64,000 nucleotides of DNA from Geosiphon pyriformis uo1 (Eukaryota > Fungi > Glomeromycota). The stretch spans positions 794,305-858,304 of the forward strand of contig JAAOMT010000503.1 of the NCBI GenBank assembly GCA_016748015.1, read 5' to 3'. Shown piece after piece: positions 14,401 through 26,400 of this stretch (positions are counted from its first letter, which is position 1; every line of letters starts with the position of its first letter). The notes under the pieces are model-generated. The model had not been told where the DNA came from, made no database searches, and saw only the letters and a list, made by a program, of their open reading frames with translations. The position numbers and the translations under genes were made by a program.

Positions 14401-14981
14401 TAAGAGAGGACGTGCTAGGAAGAGAGGATGCCTGGGACAGGTAATGCTCGGCGAGGTACCATAGTAGTTGGTATGGCAGTACTTGGATTTCCGGTTGCTT
14501 TTGTCTAAAAAGAGACGGCGAACGCGCTTCTTGATAAGGATGTCTGGGAGAAGTAGAGCGACCAGTGAACATTTGTGAAGTGTGAATGGGAGATTGTAGG
14601 TGGTGAGGAAGTGGGGACGGAAGTTGAGTAAAATGTGGAAATAGATGTGGTGATATATGGGGAGGAGGAAGTTGATGCAGGGGAAATTGTTGCTGTTGAG
14701 CTAAAGTTTGTTGTTGCGTGTGATAATTTTGCATAGGGCTTTGTGAAATTGGTTGAAACCCGGGTTGTGAAGCGATTTCTGGTAGGTAGTTGGTGGAAAT
14801 AGAGGGCGAATTTGACATAACTACGTTCTGATAATTTATTTGTTGTTCTTCATATTGTGGAGCCACAAAGAAATGAGACTGAGGTAAGGTCGTTTCAATG
14901 AAGTTGTATTGAGGTGTTTGGTGTTGTAGGTGAAACTGTGGTTGTGCTTGCTGCTGCTGCTGCTGTTGTTGTTGTTGTTGT

Positions 14982-15034
<53 letters not shown>

Positions 15035-15118
15035 TTGTTGTTGTTGTTGTTGTTGTTGCTCGCAGTCCCATTGTTGGGTGGGCCAGGCTTGATAACCAGG
15101 AAAGCGAGAGTGAGCCAT
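11431..15118 (-). CDS. MAU2: Cohesin loader subunit MAU2/Scc4 with long Q/P/H-rich N-terminal extension; many exons including an 18-nt microexon (14095-14112)
   Basis: LWYLAEHY..ILAAIKCLDGVL..ELKTRFRLSQILFWFTENVAEAETHLQKA, RIRWLSKADIYSLTFLISGI, LKMITLAVLGTLFFHTQNEQAEKILTAAY; helical TPR-like exons joined by GT-AG introns to TAA at 11431-11433. Confidence 0.85.
14948..15058 (-). repeat. Coding polyglutamine tract Q37: (CAA)9 (CAG CAA)7 CAG (CAA)7 (CAG)5 CAA
   Basis: Counted from the sequence, 111 nt in frame in MAU2 exon 1. Confidence 0.93.
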
Positions 15119-15993
15119 TTTATCAAATTAAAAGCCAGTTCCGATAATATATCATTATTTGTTTCCCTTTATCAATATTAATCTGATCTACCCATTTGTA
15201 GCAAGAGGATCATCATTCATAATGCCTATCAAAATGTTTATATTTAAATAAATATATTTGATTAAAAACAATTTTTTTTGCTTAAAATTGTGATTATGTA
15301 TTAATTAAATATTATATTAGTCATAATTATTAAAGATTATTTTTAATTGTTATAATTAATATTTTTAATCAAATTAATATTAAATTTGTTTTTAAAAATA
15401 ATTTCAAAAATATGTAATAAAAAAATATTATGCATTATTAAAAAAGGTATTAAAGTTAAAATATAACATAAATTATTTTTTTAGTTAAAATTATGCATAA
15501 TAAATAAATTATTTAACTAAAAAATTTTAAAATAAAAAAAATTCCTATATTTTTATATTTATTTTAAAACTTTAACAAAAAACTTTTATATAATTTTTAA
15601 ATAATCTTATTATTAAGTTGTTGTTAATTTTATTTTTATAATTTAAACATAATATAATTTTAATATATATATACATAATTAGAAATGGTTAAGCAAAAAT
15701 GATATTTTGAAAGTAAGTTATTTTTTGATTTAATGAAATCAATGATAAAAACCATTTGATCCCAATTGAGGACCCACAGAATTTTAAAATTTTGAATCTT
15801 TATTTATACGAGACAAGCATTCAAGAATATAAAATTTTCATATTTTCCTCGGATCGTGTTGATTGGTGAGTGGCAGAGATTTTTGTTGACACCTCAACAA
15901 TAAAAATTTAGTAATAGTATTATCTTATTCAATTTTTAAAATTTCGAGAATAAGGAATCTTTGCTTTTTATTGCTCGTAAACTTCAAAAACGT

Positions 15994-18900
15994 ATGGCCA
16001 ATCTTCCGCCCGATCAGCAACCTGTCTCTCGACCTCCCCCTTCACCAAATTTTCGCCCACCGCAACCTTCTTCGGATCCCAATCAACCTTTGCAAAATGG
16101 GCTTAATCGAGGAAGTTCACCATTTCAGCCTCCACCTACCAATAGCGCTTCCACTTTTCAAAGACCACCAGTTGATCCACGGATTTCTAACCAAACTGGT
16201 ATACCTCTTGGAAGGCCTTACAATCTTCCACCGAGTGGCTTTAGACCAAACCCCCCTTCTGGAGTTCCTAACCCAAATTCTAATTGGACTGCTGGACCGC
16301 AGGTTCCTGGTTTAGTGAGGCCTATGAATCCCCAAAATTTAGTACCTCGTCCAGCAACTGGCCAAGTTCCAATGACCGGGATGCAACAACCTAGAGGCAC
16401 ATTTATAGCATTGCCACCGATCGGTGGAGTAAGACCCTCTGTTTCCCCTAATTTCAGACCGGGAGCCTTACCTCAACCTTCGGTAGGACGTCCTGTGAAC
16501 CCATCAAAGCCCTCACAACAACATATAGCTTCTGAATACTCGAATCAAACGCCGAACTATCAACCACCAACCTCTCCACCTCTGCCCGATAGTCTAGCAT
16601 CTTCAGGACAAACCGCTGGCGAACTGCTTCAGGGTTCACGGCAACCCAAAAGACAATATCCCAAGCAAATTTCAGAGGCATATACAGATATGAATGTCTC
16701 TGATCAGTCATTATATCAAACATACTCACCAACATCTACTCCCGGCATTCAAGGACAACCAGCGATATACACCCCACAGACATCTCAGCTCTTCACTCCT
16801 GCTGGAGATCAAAACTATGGTAATACAATAAACCCGGCACAAGCTTCCGGACAATATTCACAATCATATGGCCAACCAGTCTCAGCACAATCCTCCATTA
16901 GTACACTAAATAATCAATTTAACACCATGGGCTTAGTTGACCAGGTATCATTATGGTTTTAGGGCATTTCAGTGGAAGATGAAAATTCTGCAATTCCCTA
17001 ACGACAATTTTATAATCAAAGCCGCATTTGCGAAACGTACATCTAATTGGTCATCCTCCAAACGTCGTAGATTTGGAAAGTTCACCACCGCCTATTTATT
17101 TACCACCAAATGTAAATTTCCAATATCTAATAATTCCCTCATTATTATATTTGAATGAATTTAGTGTGGAAACTATATTAAATGATTTTTTATGTTCCAG
17201 ACCGCAGTAACCCCTTCTGCAACCGCTAATTGCGATCCATCATATAAAAGAAGCACTCTAAATGCCATTCCAGCAACCTCGGCACTTTTGAACAAATCGC
17301 GCCTACCATTTGGACTTATCATTACTCCATACAGGAGTGTAAAGGAAGGCGATGTGAGTTTTTAACCCGACCACTAATTCGGTTGTCAGGCTTATTTAAA
17401 AGATATCAAAAAACATTTTCTTAGGAACCAGTACCTGTAGTCACTGATACAGTTATTGCAAGGTGTCGCAGATGCAGGACTTATATAAACCCTTTTGTTA
17501 CATTTCAAGAAAATGGGCACAAATGGAAATGTAACATGTGTTTCCTATTGAACGATGGTAAGTATTTTAACGAATCCACTTAATATATATCTCTATATAA
17601 CTTTTTTGCCTGTCTTCGTTCCAAACAAAGTTCCGAATCAATTTGATTGGGATATTCAAACCAATACACCGGCTGATCGTTGGAAGCGTGCCGAATTGAA
17701 TCATGCTGTGGTCGAGTTCGTGGCTCCAACCGAATACATGGTGATGTCATAGCTCTCTTGTATAAATTTTTCGAAACTAACAAAATTTTTTCCAAATAGG
17801 TTCGTCCACCTCAGCCCCCTGTTTATTTATTTATTATCGATGTTTCTTATCCTGCAGTTCAATCTGGTAAGCTAGAAATATCGTTATAAATAAGATTTTA
17901 TGCTTTTACACTCCTGATTTATAATTTATTGTTTCTTTTTCAAAGGGGTGGTCGCGACCGCAGCGAGGACCATATTAGAATCCCTCGATAGGTTGCCCAA
18001 TGATGACAATCGCACCAAGATTGGGTTCATAACAGTTGATACTTCGCTGCATTTTTACAGTCTAAACGTATGTCAGTGCCACTACAATATTCCTCAGCCA
18101 TGATAAATTAAATTTATCATTAAAACAAACGACTTTTTTATTGTAGGTCAATGCCTCTGAACCTCAAATGCTGGTTGTATCCGACATTGAAGATGTGTTT
18201 CTTCCACAACCTGATGATTTGTTAGTTAACTTAACGGAGGCTCGGACGGTGATCGAATCACTGCTTGGTCGTCTGGGTGATATGTTTAAAGATACACAAA
18301 GAGTTGGCTGTGCGTTGGGGTCTGCTTTACTGGCTGGCTTCAAATTAATTGTGAGTGTGCCAAAAAATATTTGAGTTTTTCTCTTTAATTAACTTATAAT
18401 CTATTCCTTGTATATACTAATAGGTTGGAATCCATCTATTTCTTTGAATATGTTTTCTTAGTCCTCTTGGGGAGGAAAAATTGTGGTCTTGCAATCAAGT
18501 TTACCCAACATTAACCCTGGAGCCTTAAAGAATCGTGAAGACACCAAGGCATTGGGCACAGCTAGGGTATTAGACCTTTAGTTAAAATTCTTATCTCAAG
18601 ATTAATACGTTGCTCACAGTTTATTTATTTCAATGAAAGGAATCCACATTATTGCAATCAGCTGATCCTTTTTATAAGAAATTTGCGGTTGACTGTTCAC
18701 GCTCACAAGTGTGTGTTGACATGTTTTTACTCGGATCTCAGTATTCAGATGTGGCAACGCTAAGTATGAAATTACGTTAATTACCGTTTTAAAATTTGAT
18801 TATTTAAACATCATTCATCACTGTTCAAATCTCATCTTAATATAAACTAGGTTGTTGTCCGCGCTACACCGGAGGACAAACGTATTTCTACCCTGCCTTT

Positions 18901-20558
18901 AATGCTGGACGTTCTGAAGATGCCCTCAAGTTTGCACATGAATTAGCGGAGTTTTTAGCAAGTCCAATTGGGTTGGAGGCTGTTATAAGGGTTAGGGCTT
19001 CAAAGGGTAAAACTATTAGAACCCTCGTGATATTACTTCTGACTAATCGCTAATTTTCGAGCTTCACATAGGAATCCGGATGACTTCTTTTCATGGAAAC
19101 TTCTTTATACGTCAAACCGACTTGCTCGCTTTGCCGAACGTTTCAAGGGATCACTCATATGCCATTGAAGTTGCCATTGAAGAAAATATTCCCTCTCCTA
19201 CTGTCTGCTTTCAGACTGCTGTCTTACATACTACTTGCTTTGGTATGTCATTTTATGTAAAAGGATTCAACAATTTAAAGATTGAAATTCAATATTCCCT
19301 CATATACTTACAGGTGAGAGGCGTATTCGAGTCCTGACCCTGGCACTACCTGTTACAAACAATCTCGGGGAACTTTTTGCTTCCGCTGATCAAATTGCAA
19401 TAACCACATTGTTAGCGAATAAGGGTTTGCCACTCTCAGTTTCTCGCAAATTTCATAAATATTTTCAAAAAGGGATTGCCCTTACAACTCTCTTGTACTT
19501 TCAGCGGTCGAGAGATCTTTAACTTCCAAGCTTGAGGATGCAAGAGAAGCCTTAACAAACAAGACAATTGAAATCTTAGGTGTATACAAATCTGCTTTGA
19601 CTTCAGCCCAAACAGGCGCCTCCCCTCAGTTGCAAATATGCGACAATTTAAAACTTTTGCCATTATTATCATTGGGATTGTTGAAGCACGTAGGTAGCCT
19701 GTTAAACCCCAAATTCCCAACTGCTATTTATTAAAACTTTTTTTGTGCTTTGTGATAGGTCGGACTTCGGGCAAGTTCACAAATACCTACCGACTTGAGA
19801 TCTTATGCCATGTGCTTATTGACCACAATGCCGTCACAGCTTTTAATTCCTTATATACATCCTCGATTTTATTCCTTGCATGATATGCCTCAGGAGGTAA
19901 GCGATTGTGATCTATTAATTTGAATTAAAAGTCGACTCAATTACATGTATATATATATATATATATACCAAAGGTTGGTACATATGGCCCCGAAGGTATT
20001 ATCATGCCTCGGCCACTGAATTTGAGCAGCGAGAAATTAGAACGCCATGGTGCATATTTACTGGAAGATGGACAAAATATTTTCATTTGGATAGGAAGAG
20101 ATGTTTCCCCGCAGTTGTGTATAGATTTGCTCGGTGTTCGCTCGTATGACGAGATTCGCGGGGGAAAGGTAAAGGTTTTCTATAACAAACTAACAATTTT
20201 GAGATTATCTAATGGGCTAAACAATTTAAATTTGTAATATTACACATTTTAGATTACATTACAACTGTTAGAAACTTCTTTTTCTCAAAGAGTGAACGCC
20301 ATAATCGGCAAGACCCGAGAGTCGAGGAGAGGAGTTTATTATCCACACCTTTATATGGTCAAGCAAGATGGAGATCCCTCTTTACGATTATGGTTTTTAT
20401 CTCACATTATCGAAGATCGAACTGATACTGTTATGAGTTACATTCAATGGCTAGGTCACTTAAAAGATAAGGTATTAAAAAATCAATTTTTGTTAAATTC
20501 TAACGAGATAAAGCTAATTTTTTACCACTTCTAATAGGTGAACAGCGGTTCTTTTTAG
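15994..20558 (+). CDS. SEC24: COPII coat subunit Sec24 (about 18 exons)
   Basis: Pro/Gln-rich N-terminus, Zn finger [44 protein letters not shown], vWA trunk, FHGNFFIR, gelsolin-like [13 protein letters not shown]; ends VNSGSF*. Confidence 0.96.
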
Positions 20559-21731
20559 GTTCTTTATTAAAAACAATTATAGAAAAGAGAACACTATATT
20601 TAGAAAATTGGAAATCATTATACCCAAAATCCTTTTATTATTTAAGTTAAAAAATATCAAGGATTAGAAAATAAAGGTTGCGGACATATTTATAGTTTTT
20701 ATAACCCTTAGTTTTGGAAAAATCAATATAACTTTCAAAACTGAATGACTAAACCTTTGAAGTAGGCATTTTTCAATAAAATTCTGATTATTATAATTGT
20801 GTTGTGTATTAAGAATAAAAATTTCGTATGTAATTTATTTAATTTTAAAAAATATATTGATGAATAAATTTATTTAAAAATATTGTAATAATTAATTTTT
20901 TTATATTTATTAATTATATTTAAAATTTTACATATGTAAATATTAATTACATATAAAAAATATATAAACCATGATTTTATAATTATTGTTAATTTTTTTA
21001 ATCACAATTTTATTTTAAACAATATTAATAAATTATTATTATTTGATCTAAATTTACAATTTTTAATTAACATATAATATTTAAGCATAAATATATATAT
21101 TATTAATAAATTATTAAATAATTTTAAAACAATTTATTTTTAAATTAAATTAATTATGTTTTTTAATATATTTGTAAAAAAAAATTTAAAATTTAAATAA
21201 AAATACAAAATACAATAAAAATAAAACTTAAATATTAAAAATTGACAAATAAATAATCAGTCATATTTTTTAACAATAATTTTTTAAAATTAATAAATAT
21301 ATAAATAATTTTATAAAACAAGATTTTATATTTGTAAGTATTATATTAAAATTTACAATTGTAAAATATATAATCCAAAAAACCATTGTAAAAACTTTTA
21401 ATTAAAATTTTAACAGAATTAAATATTTAAAAAATTTTTTTATGATTGTATTCAATATTTTTTAAAACCAAAATATTAAATATTAAATATAGTAAACTTT
21501 GAGAAAAAGTGAAAAATTAAATCCTGCATCAAGAGAAAGAATAAACTTATCAGGTGATACTGTCAAATGACGTAAATACATTCTCTGAATTTAGACAAAA
21601 AATATTTGCAGCGTGTTGTATCGAAATAACTAATAATTCTCTTGTCTAAACGCGTTCTCCTACTCGAGTGTTACAAGTAAAAGTAAACTTTCATAAGTTC
21701 AACCTAAAATAAAACATATTCTCCAAACACC

Positions 21732-22881
21732 ATGCTGAGACAAGTTATTGTGAACCTGTTCGGTGGGCTCTCCCCACTTTGTATACCTTTTGATTCCGAA
21801 ACTTTGGTCACAACTCAAGATTTAAAAGGGGTCATTACTTCACGTACCTTGATTCCGTCCTGCGAACAACGGCTCGTTAAGCTCAATGGCCGTACACTTG
21901 ATGATGTGACACCAGTATTCCAAGAGGGTGAAGATTTTCTCACTCTCAATCTTAAACTTGGGATTTTAGGGGGGAAAGGAGGTTTTGGTAGTATGTTGAG
22001 GGCGCAGGGGGGGAAGATGGCAAGCCAAAAGACAACCAACTTTGAAGCTTGCCGTGATCTCAATGGAAGGCGTTTGAGAACCATTAACGAGGCTAAGAAG
22101 TGAGTACTCTGGAACGGACAGATTTTCTTGATATTGGTTTTTATCTTTCTTTACTAATATTCATAAATACCAAAAATTCTTTGAGATTGGCCGATTATCT
22201 TGAAAAAGAGCCAGAACGTCAGCGGGCGAAAGAAGAAAAAATTCAAAAAAAGATTAAAGAAGGAATGCGTGAACCTCCCACTAAGAAACATCGATTTGAC
22301 GATACTAAATTTTTAGAGGAAAGCAGGGAAATCATTGATGATGTAAAAAGTGCTGTTGCCATAGGTAATAATAGTGAAAAGCTTATGCAAACATATCAAA
22401 CTCTGAAAATTTCATTTTTTAATTATCTTTTTACAGCCCTGAAATCCAAAAAACGGGAAACAAAAAAATCCGTCCGTTCAAAGACAACTGAAAATGCGCT
22501 ATCTATGTGGTAAGTGAATACAAGTTTGCTGATTTTCTTCAAAAATAACCAAAATTTCAATCAAACTTAATCAATAATTCCAGGGATGTTGAGATGTCAG
22601 ATTACGATTCCTCTGAAGCTTCTGACGAACAAGACGATGCCAGTAGTTCCCTTTCTAGTGACAACGATGATATCGTTAATGTGTTTGATTCATCACAAGA
22701 AATTAAAGAAAAAGAAAATTTCTTCAATAACCTTACAGCTATAAAAGATGAAAGTAACGGGCAAAGCCTTAAATCAAAGCACCCTGCTGATAACTTTGGA
22801 TTGAAAGTAGCCTCCAAAGGCAAAGCAGTCCAATCAAGTAAAAGAAAAGCCCGAGACGAAGATGACCAAGAGAGTGTATAA
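21732..22881 (+). CDS. SDE2: Ubiquitin-fold-activated splicing/replication-stress factor Sde2, 4 exons
   Basis: N-terminal UBL then [42 protein letters not shown]; acidic and basic C-terminus. Confidence 0.93.
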
Positions 22882-23458
22882 GAAGAAAAATGAAGAGGAC
22901 AGACTAATCATAATTAATATTTTCTTTAAATAAGCAACTTGCAAACCATGATCATCCCTCACATAGGGAGTTCCATTTATGTTCTTTTGGTGGACTCCTA
23001 AGTGCGAATTTACCCAGTAATTTACAAGTTTCTATACAGACATTCCTTATTCATGATCTTTTCTTCTATTGAACTCAATATTATTTTCTTATCGATTAGT
23101 AAATAGCTATTTTACTCGATTATTTACACTATTCAACAACTTTTCAATAATTAGTAAATACTTTACATTATAATTGCATCAATTAAATATTTGGCAAAAT
23201 TCCTGAAGTCTACTACATTAAGGTTGAAGTTGGTTTAGAACCTTTGTAAATAAAAAGGCTTTACAAACTTGTGGGAATTGCTATTAAAATACTGGAAATA
23301 CTTTGAATAATTTTCTTTTCCTGGCTTTAGTTTAAATGTTTTTTTTTACTTGGGTTCGCAATAAAATGTTGAATAATAAATTAATGGGTTTTAATTTAAC
23401 TGAATTGCCTCATTTAATATGTTCAACCTATATAAATTTACCCGCCAAAGCTGGAATG

Positions 23459-26400
23459 TCAATCATAATTCAATATTGGTCTCAACCATTTTTCAGTATC
23501 TTCAAGATCACATTCCAATCGTTTGGTGTAGTTCAAAACCTTTTAATTTTGTAATAAGAACCACAAAGATAAGAACTAATAGAACCGAACAACACTCAAA
23601 GAAATATCAATCTATTCAAAATCATTACCTGATCCTTTTCAATCTTGCCTACGGCAAAGTATTGAGATTCGGGATTAGCAAAAATCAACGCTAAAATCAG
23701 AGAAAAATTAATAAATGGCAATAATAACAAACAAAAAAGTGGGACCCTCTAACACGAACCCGAAACGCTAGCCGCTGGCAACATGGCGTAAGATTCCGTC
23801 AATGTGATGCCGGTCTCTTCCTCAATGTTTGCTAAATTCCACATTGTGCCTTTTTCTCGATGATCGGGTTGTGATGGGTAAGCGGGAGCTGGACGTATAC
23901 CCTGATATTTTACTGACAGCAAATCGCTTAATGAAAGATCCTCTTCCGGAGAGAACCCCCATAAGTTCTTACGAATCTCTTCATGGAGAGCTTCGGCAAG
24001 AGCTTCAGCAAATCGATCAGCAATCGCTTTCGTCATTATCACATTATAATCATCATGTTCCGCCTGGAATTTTTCGCATAATTCCTCAGCACCAAAGATA
24101 CCGGCTGCCATTACACCTAAGTAATCTGGGATATTAGAGGTTTTAGGCGCAACAAAATCTGAGAGGCAAAAATATGGCTCATCACTTTCTTTTTGGGCTT
24201 GTTGCCTATTTATATAAAGATTTTTTGGGAAGAAATACACATGTTATGAAAATGATAGTTTATAGCAAATAAGAAATATAATCGGTTTGCTCCTAACCTT
24301 AATCCGAAAAAGGTGGCGGACACTTTTTTACGTTCATCATCTTCATAAATCTAAAAAAGAAAATCTTGATTGGCATAGCGTAGACAGAATAAAAATTAAG
24401 GAGAACAAAAACTACCTGAATATCATCATCTAGGCTATTCGCTAAGAAATCCATATAAAATTTAAAATATGTAACATTAAGGAATAATTCGAGGGATAAT
24501 TTGAATACCTGGGTATATCCCTACAATTCCTTTTGCAGTAAAAAGTTTTTCATTGATAATTTTCTCAATGAAGGCTTGAGCCTCATCATGCACTTTTTTA
24601 GCTTCTGAGCCTAAAGGATTGGCATAGTGTAGATTGAGACAAGATAAATTAGGAAGCGTGTAATTTACCGGATCCAGAGTACTGATTACTAGCCATGAGA
24701 ATGAAATTCAAAGAATAAGCACATACCGACATGTTCATCTTTGAAGATTTTGGGAAACCCTCGATTAGGATATTTTCCTCGAAGTTGCCTAAGGAGAACG
24801 AGGATTCCGAATATTTTATTTCGAACAATCGAATAAACATAATTGATAGCTTAATGAGAAATCACTGACCAGACTTGGAAAAATGGATTCCAATCTATAT
24901 ACTGTGAAATTTTTTTTAGATCATAGTTATCAAATACCCTTTTTCCAAGAATAGAGGGTCTCACTGGAGGGATCTGGGAATCCCAATCAATTTTAAAGCC
25001 TTTTTTTCTAGCAGCTTCCAAAGACAGATATTTCCTGTCTTGTCGGCCTGCATAATGATCTTCTCTAATTTCTTCGTATTCTTCAGCTACATCCTCCCAA
25101 TAATCTTCTTTTGCGTTTGGATCCAAAAGACTGGATACCTAAGATCGAAAAAAGAAAATTTACGATCATAGAAGCATAATAAATAAATGATCATATTTCA
25201 AATACCCACCACAACCACACTTTTAGAGGCATCAAGAACGTGCACAGTCGGTTGACTATATTGTGGAGATATTTTAACAGCGGTATGGGTTTTCGAAGTG
25301 GTAGCTCCACCAATCAAAAGTGGAACCTTATTATATTAATTTCAAAATAAGCATGAATCGCCAAATTTATTAAGGTAGGCACATTGAAATGGAAGAAAAC
25401 CTTTAACCCGCGTCGTTCCATCTCTTTAGCGACTGTTATCATTTCGTCAAGTGAAGGAGTGATTAATCCGGATAACCCGATCACGTCGGCTTTTTCCTTA
25501 AGGGCTGTATCAATTATTTTCTCACATGGTGTCATTACACCAAGGTCAATGACCTATTAAACAAATTGGTATCAGCCAAGAATTTTAGAAACCCTACTGT
25601 ATTCCATTCTATCGTTGTACCTTATAATTGTTGCAGCCAAGCACGACACCCACGATGTTTTTGCCAATATCATGAACATCACCTTTAACAGTAGCAAGCA
25701 CGATCACACCAGCATGCTGAGACATATTTTCTGTACTTCCAGAATTCGCGGCAAGCCTTGCTTGCCTTTCAAGCTCCATAAAAGGAATAAGGTGTGCAAC
25801 AGCTTTTTTCATCACACTAGATAAAGAATCATGTTTTGGAGGAGATATGGCTAGCAAATAATTATAACACAACTTCATTGATAATCTACCGTGCTGACTT
25901 GATAACTTGAGGCAAAAACATTTTTCCTTGAATATGTTTAATAAGTAAATATTTGGAATCAATTTGATTGATCTTGGATTAAATGATTTTACTTTTGAAA
26001 GAATACTATAAAATTATGAATACCTGCACCGAATAAATCACCGACAATTGACATTCCTGCCATCAAAGGACCTTCAATAACGTGTAAGGGTCTGTCATAC
26101 TTTTAATATGAAACATAAATATTACTTGAAAGTGGTAAGTTTTCATCAATCTATAAATGTGAAGAATAAATTATCTAACCTGTTGCCGGGCCTCTTCTGT
26201 ATCCTCTATTATATATTTGGTGATTCCCTTTATTAATGCATGAGATATCCGCGTTTCTACATCATTACTTCTCCACTCTTCCTCAGCTTCTTCCTTTTTC
26301 TCTGATTTCCCGTGCTTTTGGGCATATGTCAGAATTTTTTCGGTTACTTCCGGGTCACGATTCCAAATAGCATTCTCACAGAGCTCTAAAAGATCTTTTG

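Noticed and set aside
14836-15181. Overlapping poly-N/S, poly-V/A and poly-L ORFs
   Set aside because: Alternative frames and the antisense strand of the MAU2 CAA/CAG tract.
15230-15720. MITE in the AT-rich intergenic DNA (also 20800-21500)
   Set aside because: Only short inverted matches expected by chance at this AT content; no convincing TIR or TSD, though these may be fully decayed repeats.
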